From IMG/VR virus record IMGVR_UViG_3300036791_000462, positions 1 to 64,000 of that record: a DNA stretch of 64,000 nt, one strand, 5' to 3'. This stretch comes from a virus. Every line of letters begins with the position of its first letter. Within the stretch, counting starts at the first letter, position 1. Of the stretch, positions 39,547 to 48,017 are shown one piece after another. The position numbers were made by a program, and so were the translations under genes. The notes under the pieces are model-generated. The model made no database searches, was not told the origin of the DNA, and was given only the letters and a program-made list of their open reading frames with translations.

Positions 39547-41385
39547 CTACCTCCTCGTGCTGGACGCAAGCCCTACGGTCAGCTTGCCTGTCAGGTCGCC
39601 GCGCCGCTGCTGGATGGCCTGAACCTTCTGGCGCTCCTCATTGGTCGCGCCGCTGCCCGGCTGCAGGCGTTTCTGTAGCTGCGCGCCACCGAGATCCTCC
39701 AGATGCACCAGGTGAATCGGAACGTGCGTCAGCCCGCGCTCCTGCGCGACCTGGAACGTGGAGTTGCCGTCGAGGATCCGCATCGTCCCGTCAGGCTCAC
39801 GGCGGACCATCAGCGGCTTGCGTTTATCCATCTCTCCGCGCTTGGCCTTGTCCATGAACCCTGCCGCTTTCGCGACGTGCTCGGCGGTGTCCTGTCGCGA
39901 CGGGGTGAGATCGCGGACACGCACCAAGTCGTGCGGCTTGCGCAGGTCGAAGTAGTCGGATGCCATCTCCGCTCCGTGCGCTGCGCTACCACCCCCGCTC
40001 GGTTTTAGGCGGTTGAACACCTCCGACCATTTCCCGCCGCGCCCCCTCGGGTGCAGGCGAGCGTTCCAGAACGCCTCAGCCAGCCTGGCGCGGAGCACAC
40101 GTTCGCGAGCAAGGGCGCGAGTGAACTCCGTGCCGTTGGCGGCTGCCTTCCGGGCGATGATCGCCTCGGCCAGCGCCGTCACCGCTGGCGCGAGATCACG
40201 CCCATCCAGGATCGTCGTGTCCGCCGGTGGCGGTGGCTGCTCGGCACGCCCGTCCGGGATCGTGAGGTCCGGCAGGTCACGAACACCGGTCCGGGTCCAG
40301 ATCGGCAGGTCGCAGTCGGGTGTCTGCTCGCGCCCGTCGGGGATCGACATTGACGGGTCGCCGCCGTAACCGAACGCGACGGTTGTTTCCTCCAGGTCCG
40401 GTTGCTGGGCTGGGATCTGCGCGGAGGTCGCAACCTGCACCTTCCCCGTCCGGTGCGGAGTTGCCCCACCTTTCTTCGGCGCGGTGAGCTTCATCTTCGG
40501 CCCGCCGCCGCCGCTGGGTTTGTGCGCCTTCCCGCGTTCGAGCACCGCGACCTCGCCCGGCAGCGGAGCTTGTGCTCGCGCGATCTTCGCGGCCTCCTGC
40601 TTCGCTAGCTGTTTCTTGAGTGCCTTCACGGCCCTGAGTGCTCCTCTCGCGTTCTTCTGGGCGGTTCTCGCGGTACGTGCCGCTGCTTGCGCGTCCCTGT
40701 GCGCGATGGCGCTGCCGCCGACGGCGGCGGCTTTGGCTTCCTTCGCGAGCTTCTCGGCGTTCGCGGCAGCGGTCTGTGCCTGCGCGGCGTCGTGGCGTGC
40801 CCACATCAGGTTTGTGTCGTGTCCCGTCTGACGCGCTTCCTTGGACGTTTGCTGCCCGGCGGCGATGGCGGCTTTCGTTTCACCGGAGACGGTCGTGTTC
40901 GCCTGCGCCTGCGCGGGAGTGATCTTCGCGACGGACGCTCTCGACGTGCTCGACTTCGAGGTGGACCTGCTGGTGGACCTGGACTTCTTGGGGGCGTACG
41001 GGCCGATGCCCCGCATGCGCTGCACCTGATCGAGCGTCTGCGGCGGCGGGTTCTGCAGCAGCGTCATCGTCGCGGCGTCCACGCCCATGCTCGGACTCAG
41101 CCCGTAGCGCTTCTGGAACGTCTGCACCGCCTGGGTGGTCGCCGGACCGTACTGGCCGTCCACCGGCACCTTGAACCCAAGCTCGTTCAGGCGCTGCTGC
41201 AGTTGCGCGGTCGTCTGATCAGGGCCGCTGGCGGTGTACCCGTCGCCGTGTTTGACGATCCACTGCCCACCACGCCCGCGTGGGTGAAGCTGATTGAAGT
41301 TCCCACCGGCCGTCCCACCGGTGCGGCTCTGCGGTTTGGTCTGCGGTTTGGGTGGCGGAGGCGGCTTCGGTGAGATCAGCGGCAC
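39547..41385 (-). CDS. Multidomain protein: HPRGRGG tags, peptidoglycan-binding domain, C-terminal ParB/Srx-like domain
   Basis: LQQRLNELGF..VDGQYGPATTQAVQTFQKRYGL; KPLMVRREPDGTMRILDGNSTF. Confidence 0.75.
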   Translation of the reverse strand: MPLISPKPPPPPKPQTKPQSRTGGTAGGNFNQLHPRGRGGQWIVKHGDGYTASGPDQTTAQLQQRLNELGFKVPVDGQYGPATTQAVQTFQKRYGLSPSMGVDAATMTLLQNPPPQTLDQVQRMRGIGPYAPKKSRSTSRSTSKSSTSRASVAKITPAQAQANTTVSGETKAAIAAGQQTSKEARQTGHDTNLMWARHDAAQAQTAAANAEKLAKEAKAAAVGGSAIAHRDAQAAARTARTAQKNARGALRAVKALKKQLAKQEAAKIARAQAPLPGEVAVLERGKAHKPSGGGGPKMKLTAPKKGGATPHRTGKVQVATSAQIPAQQPDLEETTVAFGYGGDPSMSIPDGREQTPDCDLPIWTRTGVRDLPDLTIPDGRAEQPPPPADTTILDGRDLAPAVTALAEAIIARKAAANGTEFTRALARERVLRARLAEAFWNARLHPRGRGGKWSEVFNRLKPSGGGSAAHGAEMASDYFDLRKPHDLVRVRDLTPSRQDTAEHVAKAAGFMDKAKRGEMDKRKPLMVRREPDGTMRILDGNSTFQVAQERGLTHVPIHLVHLEDLGGAQLQKRLQPGSGATNEERQKVQAIQQRRGDLTGKLTVGLASSTRR

Positions 41386-41412
41386 ACCCGGAAGCGTATG
41401 GCCGCCGGGAAG

Positions 41413-41577
41413 CTATCCGTCAGGCGGATTGCGTTCCTCCCAGGCTCGCATCAGGAGCGCGACGCCAAGGACTGCAAGGATGGCGGTGAACTCCCACGCC
41501 TTGCGTGTCGCGAAGATCCCGGCGAGCAGCAGGCTCGGGATCGACAGGACCAGCCAGAGAAGCGATCTACGTCGCAC
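41413..41577 (-). CDS. Small two-TM membrane protein
   Basis: Manual translation MRRRSLLWLVLSIPSLLLAGIFATRKAWEFTAILAVLGVALLM.. Confidence 0.55.
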   Translation of the reverse strand: MRRRSLLWLVLSIPSLLLAGIFATRKAWEFTAILAVLGVALLMRAWEERNPPDG

Positions 41578-41634
41578 TCACGCCTCGCGGGGTCTAACCC
41601 AGATGATGCACGCGCGCATCATTTGCGGTTCTAA

Positions 41635-42024
41635 TCAGATGGTGCCGAGTCCGCGCGTGAAGTCCGGGAGCGGACGTTTGGTCAAGCAGTGCCAGGCGTG
41701 CGCGACCTCGGCGATGTTGACGTGTTCCTCCATCGGGGGGATCACGACGATCCCGAGCGCGTTCGGGCCGCAGACCTCGTGGAACACGTCGCGCGTCTGT
41801 TCCCACGTCGGCATCTTGTCATCGTCGCGGGATAGCGACACGTGCTCCCAGACCTCGCCGTCCTGCTCGACCGCGATGGAGTGGATCAGGTGCAGCCTGC
41901 GCGGCCCGTGTCGCCACGCACCGAGCCCGTCCCCGCCCTTGGTGACCTGCTTCCAGCGGTTGCGCTGCAGGTGTGCGCTGGCTGCCCGCAGGCGATCCTG
42001 CAGCGCGGCGACATCGACCATCAC
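41635..42024 (-). CDS. Conserved phage protein (WEHVS..PTW family)
   Basis: WEHVSLSRDDDKMPTWEQ..PPMEEHVNIAEVAHAW. Confidence 0.65.
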   Translation of the reverse strand: MMVDVAALQDRLRAASAHLQRNRWKQVTKGGDGLGAWRHGPRRLHLIHSIAVEQDGEVWEHVSLSRDDDKMPTWEQTRDVFHEVCGPNALGIVVIPPMEEHVNIAEVAHAWHCLTKRPLPDFTRGLGTI

Positions 42025-42488
42025 CGCACCCTCATCGAGCGTTGCCACTGCCTCCGCAGGGCGTTGCGGATCTCCGGGGCGGTCGCGCTTCCGGCGTCAC
42101 CCAGTTCGCGAGTCAGCCGCAGACGCTGCGCGGGGTTCAGCTTTGAGAGCGCGTTCTCGACGGTCTTCGACAGGTCCGGATTGTCGAGCAGCGCGTTGCC
42201 CATCGCCGTCAACCGCCACCGTTGCGTCCACACCCACGTCCCGTCAGTCTGCTCGATCCGCTCGCGCTCACCGCGTTCGATCCACCCGTACCGGCGCAGC
42301 CACGCGAGGCGCGGGCCGACGCCGGACTTGCGGTCTGACTGGTCCATCTTCTCGCCCAGTTGGACGCGCACGGCGTAGGTCGAGGTCCACCCGTTCTCGT
42401 CAGCGAGGTCGTCCAGGATTCCGAGGATCTCGGAGTCGGAGATCCCGAATAGGCTCGCGTCAACGCGACCGTTTCGTGAGGCGCTCAT
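42021..42488 (-). CDS. Winged-helix-like DNA-binding protein
   Basis: VGPRLAWLRRYGWIER..WRLTAMG. Confidence 0.55.
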   Translation of the reverse strand: MSASRNGRVDASLFGISDSEILGILDDLADENGWTSTYAVRVQLGEKMDQSDRKSGVGPRLAWLRRYGWIERGERERIEQTDGTWVWTQRWRLTAMGNALLDNPDLSKTVENALSKLNPAQRLRLTRELGDAGSATAPEIRNALRRQWQRSMRVR

Positions 42489-42964
42489 GCGTTCAGAGCC
42501 TCACGGGTCAGGCGGTAGAACTTCGAGTTGCCCTCGATCCGGGATACGCGCAGCACGTTGCGCTGGCGAAGCTCCTCGAACGCGAGCGCGCTCATCCCGG
42601 AGGTCATCGTCCCGCCGGACGGCAACTGGCTGTACGCGGCCCGGAGGTCAACCTGGCGGAACTCCTCGTGGTCGGCGGCGTACTCGCGGACCAGCGTTTC
42701 GATCTCACCGATGCGTTCCTCGCTCAGCTTCGACGGCTTCGTGCGCTCGCCCGACTGGCCTTGCTTCGGCCTCCCGGCTTTCTTCGGCTCCCCGGTGAGC
42801 GCTGCCAGCGCTTTCTCGTAGGTGCGTAGCTCGGTGACGATCTTGTCGCGCACGAGGTCGTGTTTCGCGAGCGCGTTCTCCCGGTCGGTGACCAGCGCGT
42901 GTAGTTGCAAAGCGATCTCGCTCGCCTGCGGCAGCGCGGGAGCGTCGCCGTTCTCATCGGACAT
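42485..42964 (-). CDS. Coiled-coil plus winged-helix-like protein
   Basis: ALAFEELRQRNVLRVSRIEGNSKFYRLT; TATACT -10 upstream. Confidence 0.5.
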   Translation of the reverse strand: MSDENGDAPALPQASEIALQLHALVTDRENALAKHDLVRDKIVTELRTYEKALAALTGEPKKAGRPKQGQSGERTKPSKLSEERIGEIETLVREYAADHEEFRQVDLRAAYSQLPSGGTMTSGMSALAFEELRQRNVLRVSRIEGNSKFYRLTREALNA

Positions 42965-43022
42965 CTGGGGTTCCTCTCGGTCGGGCATACAGACACTCGC
43001 GAGTATAAACGCCCGACGTGAG

Positions 43023-43772
43023 CTACGCGGTCCTGCGTGTCAGCGCGTCGGACCCGATTCGCAGCAGCCGCTCCCTGACGTTCCCGGCGAGGATCACGAC
43101 ACGCTTGGCGTCGAAGTCCGCAGCGAACACCTCGGGCACCAGTTCGCGCAGCCGCGCCGGGCTGCCGTCGTACTCGTCGCCCGCGAGATCCTCCACGATG
43201 GCCTGAGCGCTCGTGTGCGGCCCCGTGCCGCCGTAGCCGAACTCGAACTGGCCGTCTTCGCCGGGCGCGAGGTCGCGGCGCTCACCGTCGGCGTCAACGT
43301 GGTACAGCCGTACCTCGGTTTGCTTGGGTCCGTCGGCGTTGAACTTCTCGGCCTGCTCGCGCTCCCAACCGTACACGTTCACCCACCGCTCGACGGTGAT
43401 CGGCTCGCGGACGATCTCGAAGTGCTCACCGAGGGGTTTCAGCCAACCGGCGGCGTACACGTACCCGTATGACGCCTGGGTCGAGCCGACGATGATCCCC
43501 TGCTCATCCTCGTAGAGCACCAGTTCCTGATCGAAGTCCTGCCGAAACATCCAGTAGTTCTCGCCGAGCCACTCGCGCATCTTCGCGATAGCGCCGGTGC
43601 CCTCCGGTGAGCCGTTCAGCCACGCGACCAACTTGCTCTTGGCCTCGTCGTTCTCGGCGACGAGATCCTGACGGTCCCAGACGAGGTCGCTCGGGGCGAT
43701 CAGCCGCGCGCCCCACGCCGTTTTGATGTCTTTCGGAACGCCGGTCCGGCGTCCGTAGGCCAGGTCATCCAT
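43023..43772 (-). CDS. Hypothetical protein with C-terminal DUF6166-like motif
   Basis: FEFGYGGTGPHTSAQAIV. Confidence 0.6.
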   Translation of the reverse strand: MDDLAYGRRTGVPKDIKTAWGARLIAPSDLVWDRQDLVAENDEAKSKLVAWLNGSPEGTGAIAKMREWLGENYWMFRQDFDQELVLYEDEQGIIVGSTQASYGYVYAAGWLKPLGEHFEIVREPITVERWVNVYGWEREQAEKFNADGPKQTEVRLYHVDADGERRDLAPGEDGQFEFGYGGTGPHTSAQAIVEDLAGDEYDGSPARLRELVPEVFAADFDAKRVVILAGNVRERLLRIGSDALTRRTA

Positions 43773-43777
43773 GCTTC

Positions 43778-43824
43778 CTCCTCGGTCGTTTCTCTACATC
43801 CAGCTTAGCACACAACGCGCGTTA
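43778..43824 (-). promoter_or_regulatory. Repeat element, copy 4
   Basis: TAACGCGCG-T-TGTGTGCTA, TAAGCT, CGACCGAGGAGG. Confidence 0.8.
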
Positions 43825-44091
43825 GAAGCAGGTGTCGCAGGTGCAGTGTGGCTGCTTGCCGCTTCTGCAGGTCGCCATCGCTTTGTGCCTCGGCATGAAC
43901 GGGTCGAGCAGCGGGTGCTCAACGATCTCGCGACACTGCTCGCAGTTGGGGTCGTAGATGCCGAGCTTCTCCCAGCGCGCGAGGCGCTCCTCGCGGGTTT
44001 CGCTGGCCCCGAACGGCGAGATCGCGAACACGGTCTGGTTGCCGTTCTCGTCAAAGCGCTCGACGCTGCGGTCAATCAGCGGTTGTCCCAT
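43822..44091 (-). CDS. Cys/His-rich small protein
   Basis: CEQC..PRH..CRSG..HCTCDTCF. Confidence 0.6.
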   Translation of the reverse strand: MGQPLIDRSVERFDENGNQTVFAISPFGASETREERLARWEKLGIYDPNCEQCREIVEHPLLDPFMPRHKAMATCRSGKQPHCTCDTCF

Positions 44092-44450
44092 CAGTCCTGC
44101 CACCTCCTGGTTCCGGCTTCCTCGAACTCCTCGCGGGTGATCTCCTGCACCTCGGCGAGCGGCACGAACCCCGGCTCGCCACGCGGCTCCATCACCGAGT
44201 AGCACCACGCACAGAAGCTCTCGCGCATCGACCAGGCGTAGCGGGCGGAGTCGGCATCCTCGCCGTACAGACGGATGCTGTACCCGTAGATCGTGATCGC
44301 CTTGGCGGGTGCCATCGAGACGTACACGATCCCGTCGCGCTCGAACGGCTCCTGCGGGTTGCCGCCCCAGCGGCGTTTGAAGTAGAGCGGCTGGCCGTCG
44401 AGCGCGAACGGCGCGTCCGGCTCGGCCTGGTAGTCGAAGGTCGTGCTCAT
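44091..44450 (-). CDS. Hypothetical protein
   Basis: Coupled ORF; WCYSVMEPRGEPGFV. Confidence 0.6.
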   Translation of the reverse strand: MSTTFDYQAEPDAPFALDGQPLYFKRRWGGNPQEPFERDGIVYVSMAPAKAITIYGYSIRLYGEDADSARYAWSMRESFCAWCYSVMEPRGEPGFVPLAEVQEITREEFEEAGTRRWQD

Positions 44451-44683
44451 GCGTTCGCGAGATCGTCGTGCATCCGCCCGATCTCGGTCGCCCGGCGGAT
44501 CTCGCGCAGGTCCGCCTGATCCTCCAGGTAGCGGGCGTTGAGTCGCATCGCGGCGATCTCCGCGTCAGCGAGCGACGGGTAGGTCTTCGCGTTCTGGGTG
44601 CTGTTCGGGTAGCGCTGGTCGATCACCTTGAAAAACGGCGTGTTCAGCGCGTAGGTGGTGGTCGCCTCGTATGGCAGGTTCAT
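44447..44683 (-). CDS. Hypothetical protein
   Basis: Preceded by CGACCGAGGAGG. Confidence 0.6.
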   Translation of the reverse strand: MNLPYEATTTYALNTPFFKVIDQRYPNSTQNAKTYPSLADAEIAAMRLNARYLEDQADLREIRRATEIGRMHDDLANA

Positions 44684-45088
44684 CTAGCCCTCCTCGGTCG
44701 TGGTTTGCAGCCGGTCGATCAGCGCGTCGATCCGCGCGTCCATGAGATCGCCCAACGTGGGATCCCTGTAGCGCCACGTGGCGAGATCGAAGTCGAAGTC
44801 GTAGAAGGCGATCAGCGCCCGCTGCGCACGGTCAAGACGCTGGAACGCTCGGGTCGCGTGCGACCGGTTCGCGGGGCTGCGCCCGTCCTTGACCGCCACC
44901 ACCTGGAACGTCGCGTCGGCTTCGAGCACCGTGCGCACGAGCGCTAGCTCGCGCCGGTAGAGCTTCGCGTCGTCACCGTCGGCGCGGAACATCCGGCGCT
45001 GCTCGGCGGCGATCAGCTTGACCTTCGACTGCTGCTCGGCGCTGTACGCGCGAGCCCAGGCGACCTTGCGTTTCATCAGCTTGCTCAC
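44684..45088 (-). CDS. Hypothetical protein
   Basis: 134-aa coupled ORF. Confidence 0.6.
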   Translation of the reverse strand: MSKLMKRKVAWARAYSAEQQSKVKLIAAEQRRMFRADGDDAKLYRRELALVRTVLEADATFQVVAVKDGRSPANRSHATRAFQRLDRAQRALIAFYDFDFDLATWRYRDPTLGDLMDARIDALIDRLQTTTEEG

Positions 45089-45264
45089 GCGGCGGTCTGC
45101 TCCTCGTAGAACCCCTGCGCGCGCTCCTGTGTGGAGAAGCGGTGAACCTGGATCGCCGCGCCCTGCTTGATCGTCACGATCCAGTCGGGCGTCCGTTTGG
45201 TGGTCGCGGTTCGGTGGTCGATGTACGGAGCGGTGACGGTCCGCTCAGAAGTGGTGCTCATCAT
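45085..45264 (-). CDS. Small hypothetical protein (59 aa)
   Basis: MMSTTSERTVTAPY.. directly after CGACCGAGGAG. Confidence 0.6.
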   Translation of the reverse strand: MMSTTSERTVTAPYIDHRTATTKRTPDWIVTIKQGAAIQVHRFSTQERAQGFYEEQTAA

Positions 45265-45266
45265 GG

Positions 45267-45324
45267 CTCCTCGGTCGGTGCGGCCTCATCACCGCACCTA
45301 CATCATAACACACGATGCGTGTTA
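45267..45324 (-). promoter_or_regulatory. Repeat element, copy 5
   Basis: TAACACGCA-T-CGTGTGTTA, TATGAT, hairpin GGTGCGG..CCGCACC. Confidence 0.8.
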
Positions 45325-45519
45325 GGACAAGTCCGCCATGCAGGTCGAGAGCATCTCGCGCACGATGTCGCGCTGCTCGTCACGATCCAACCCCACCCAG
45401 GCGTACAACCAGAGCGCGCTCTTGGCCTCGGCGTGCAGCCGCGTCTGCTCGATCCGATCCTCGATGGTGCCGAACTCGATCCCCTCGGCGAGCATCACGT
45501 CGATGTGCTCAGGGTCCAT
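45322..45519 (-). CDS. Small hypothetical protein
   Basis: MDPEHIDVML..KSALWLYAW. Confidence 0.55.
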   Translation of the reverse strand: MDPEHIDVMLAEGIEFGTIEDRIEQTRLHAEAKSALWLYAWVGLDRDEQRDIVREMLSTCMADLS

Positions 45520-45585
45520 TGCAGGCGCAGTCTCGCACCTCCCAACCCTGAAAACTAGAGCGTCTGACGTGAGCTTTCCTCGCAA

Positions 45586-46011
45586 TTAGCGGGATTCGGC
45601 AAGCTCGCGCGTCTCGATCCCCTCGCGCTCGATCAGCGACTTCGCGAACGAGATCGCCTGGCGCGCTCTGTTGCGCCGGAAGCAGTAGCTCTCCGCCCCC
45701 TCCAACTCATCGCAGTCGAGCCAGCCGGTGAACACGTCGCTGCCCATCCACTCCTCGATCTGCTCGTCGGTCGTGAGCCCGTTGATGTCGAGCGCCCGGC
45801 CGTCCGGCAGGGCGACGTAGACGTGGTCAAGCTCGCCGTCGCGCCAGGCTCCCATCAGTTCCGCGCCGGGGATCAGTTCGCACAGCGCGAGCGCAAGGCT
45901 GTGGCAGTGGCCGCGTGAGAACACGTCATGCGCGTTCTCGTCCAGGACGCCGGGTTCAAGCTCAATCTCTGTGTCGCGCCCGAACCATCCGTTGTAGGTC
46001 CAGGTGGACAA
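45586..46011 (-). CDS. Putative papain/transglutaminase-like protein
   Basis: GHCHSLALAL..DHVYV..LDING, a Cys-His-Asp pattern. Confidence 0.55.
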   Translation of the reverse strand: MSTWTYNGWFGRDTEIELEPGVLDENAHDVFSRGHCHSLALALCELIPGAELMGAWRDGELDHVYVALPDGRALDINGLTTDEQIEEWMGSDVFTGWLDCDELEGAESYCFRRNRARQAISFAKSLIEREGIETRELAESR

Positions 46012-46018
46012 TTTCTAC

Positions 46019-46079
46019 CTCCTCGGTCGGTTGGAGGGGGAGCGTTTCCCACTAACATCCTAGCACAAAACGTGCGCTA
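46019..46079 (-). promoter_or_regulatory. Repeat element, copy 6
   Basis: TAGCGCACG-T-TTTGTGCTA, TAGGAT, CGACCGAGGAGG. Confidence 0.8.
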
Positions 46080-46083
46080 GCGG

Positions 46084-46107
46084 AAACTATTCATGCTTGA
46101 ATAGTTT
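46084..46107. repeat. AT-rich perfect inverted repeat
   Basis: AAACTATTCA-TGCT-TGAATAGTTT. Confidence 0.8.
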
Positions 46108-46220
46108 GCTGCAGCTACGAGAAGCGGCCGTTGACCAGAACCAAGCAGATCGCGTACGTCGCAAAGACGCAGAGGAAGTACAGGAAGGTGCGGCTGGTCA
46201 AACCGCCCGGATGGTACGGC

Positions 46221-46514
46221 TCAGGCTCGGCAGAGCCCCAGATACGTTGCCGCCGCCGCGATCACGGTCGGCAACCCGATCCAGAAGATCAGCGGGTCCA
46301 CCGTCACCGCGAGAATCGAGAGGATCGGAACGGCGACCCAGCGCGCGAGCCCCCACACGGCGCGAGCCTCGGCTCCGTGGTCGCGCAGGCGTTCGGCCAG
46401 TTCCTGCGGCCCCGGTTCTGGGGCGCGCAGACGTTGGCGTTCGGCCTGCTCCTCCAGACGCCGCCGTTCGGCTCTGCGCCCGCTCGCTCTGCCGAGTAGG
46501 AGCCAGCCAAGCAT
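46221..46514 (-). CDS. Membrane protein
   Basis: Two C-terminal hydrophobic helices; TGATG overlap. Confidence 0.55.
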   Translation of the reverse strand: MLGWLLLGRASGRRAERRRLEEQAERQRLRAPEPGPQELAERLRDHGAEARAVWGLARWVAVPILSILAVTVDPLIFWIGLPTVIAAAATYLGLCRA

Positions 46515-46813
46515 CAGCGGGAGGGCACCTCGCCGTCGAGCGGCACCCCGAAGCGCTGCAGGATGACCATCACGCCCCACAGCACCTTCAGCAGGTCAAC
46601 CTCAGCGTCCGCGACAGGCCCAACGGCGGTGTAGTCACCAGTCGAGGCCTCCAGGTCGTACGCGCGTTTCCACGCTCTCGCGAACGTGTTGTCGTCCATG
46701 TGCGCAAGCGCGCTCGACACGTCCTTGCCTCGGTACTCGCACTCGGCGCAGTGGTCGTGAAGGATCTGCCGGGCGTCGAACCCGTCGAGCCCGTCGTGGT
46801 AGCTATGCGTCAC
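46514..46813 (-). CDS. Hypothetical protein
   Basis: Preceded by CGACCGAGGGGGAG; HDHCAEC. Confidence 0.6.
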   Translation of the reverse strand: MTHSYHDGLDGFDARQILHDHCAECEYRGKDVSSALAHMDDNTFARAWKRAYDLEASTGDYTAVGPVADAEVDLLKVLWGVMVILQRFGVPLDGEVPSR

Positions 46814-47210
46814 GGTTCTCCCCCTCGGTCGGCTTGTCGGGAAAACGCTGCAAATACTGCGGCGAAGCGATCAGCTTCGCCCCCTGGTTCAGCACCTCGG
46901 TAACGGAATGCCACGAGTCGTACAGGTACACGGGAACGTCCACCGTCAGCGCTTCGCCGAGCCCCAGCGTCAGCGCATCGTCACCGAGATCAACCTTCAA
47001 CTGCTTGGTGAACCACAGGTGCGCAGCGCAGCGGTAGAGCGGGTCATCGCGCATCAGATTCTGGGCCAGGATCCGAAAGACGGCGATGCCCTTCGGGTCA
47101 AGCTGAGGGATCACCTCCAGCGGAAGCTGCTTCTCGTAGCCGTGCTCTCTGCCCAGCGCGTACACCGTGAACACGCCCTGCAGATCGACTGCTTTGGCGT
47201 CGTCAAGCAC
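46803..47210 (-). CDS. Hypothetical protein
   Basis: Coupled ORF with probable GTG start. Confidence 0.55.
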   Translation of the reverse strand: MLDDAKAVDLQGVFTVYALGREHGYEKQLPLEVIPQLDPKGIAVFRILAQNLMRDDPLYRCAAHLWFTKQLKVDLGDDALTLGLGEALTVDVPVYLYDSWHSVTEVLNQGAKLIASPQYLQRFPDKPTEGENRDA

Positions 47211-47643
47211 GTGGCGTCCTGTCCGGCATGCGCTGGATGAACTCGCGCTCGCGCAGCGCCGGGTAGATGCTCGGCGCGTGCTCGCGCCTGCCGTTGCGCC
47301 GCCCATCCTCGTAGGCGGGCGAGCGGTCAAACTCGGGGTCGTCGCTGTGACGCTGGTAGAGCTTGGTCGCGAACTCTGGGGCACCGAACGCGAGCGTCAA
47401 CGCTGGCTGGTCGCGCGTGAAGTTCTCCAGCGCGTCAGCCATCCCGTCAGCGAACCCCTGCCCGTACGGGATCAGGTCTTCGTTCAGCAGCGGATCGTTG
47501 GGGTGGGGTTCGCGCTGCTGCTGGTAGCGCATCGCGGCGAACGCGGCGTTTGGTGCGGTGTAGCCAAGCTGCAGCTTCTCGCGGTCGCCGCGCATCAGCG
47601 CAGCGGTCGTTTCGCGCAGCGACATCTCATACGGTTCAGCCAT
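47203..47643 (-). CDS. Hypothetical protein
   Basis: MAEPYEM.. after CGACCGAGGAG. Confidence 0.6.
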   Translation of the reverse strand: MAEPYEMSLRETTAALMRGDREKLQLGYTAPNAAFAAMRYQQQREPHPNDPLLNEDLIPYGQGFADGMADALENFTRDQPALTLAFGAPEFATKLYQRHSDDPEFDRSPAYEDGRRNGRREHAPSIYPALREREFIQRMPDRTPRA

Positions 47644-47649
47644 CCGGCT

Positions 47650-47692
47650 CTCCTCGGTCGGGTAGACCAAGGGTAGCACACGACAGGAGCTA
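47650..47692 (-). promoter_or_regulatory. Repeat element, copy 7
   Basis: TAGCTCCTG-T-CGTGTGCTA, TACCCT, CGACCGAGGAG. Confidence 0.7.
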
Positions 47693-47977
47693 CGGGAAAC
47701 GCATGTCGCTGTGATGCTTGGTGCTTGACCGACGCGCCGTGAGCCTCACCTCGAAGATCACCAAGGCGCTCATGTCCACCACCCACACCCGGCCCTCGTA
47801 CGCGGCGCGGTACGCGGGCTCTGCCCACTGGATCGTACGCTTCCACTCGTGGCGCTCATCGCGGTCATGCGGCCAGCGGATCCGGGCGACCGCCCACGGC
47901 CACACCCGGCTCCAGTCGGTAATCCCCTGCATCTTCTTGCGGCCCAGCAGCACACGAATCTGCTCCGCCGGGGTCAT
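47690..47977 (-). CDS. Trp-rich hypothetical protein
   Basis: MTPAEQIRVLL..; its stop overlaps the palindrome. Confidence 0.5.
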   Translation of the reverse strand: MTPAEQIRVLLGRKKMQGITDWSRVWPWAVARIRWPHDRDERHEWKRTIQWAEPAYRAAYEGRVWVVDMSALVIFEVRLTARRSSTKHHSDMRFP

Positions 47978-48017
47978 CGCCCGACCCGTGAACTCGTCGG
48001 GATGCCCGCGCGGCAGA

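Noticed and set aside
39547-41385. Endolysin call based on the PG-binding domain
   Set aside because: No amidase, peptidase or glycosidase catalytic domain was recognised.
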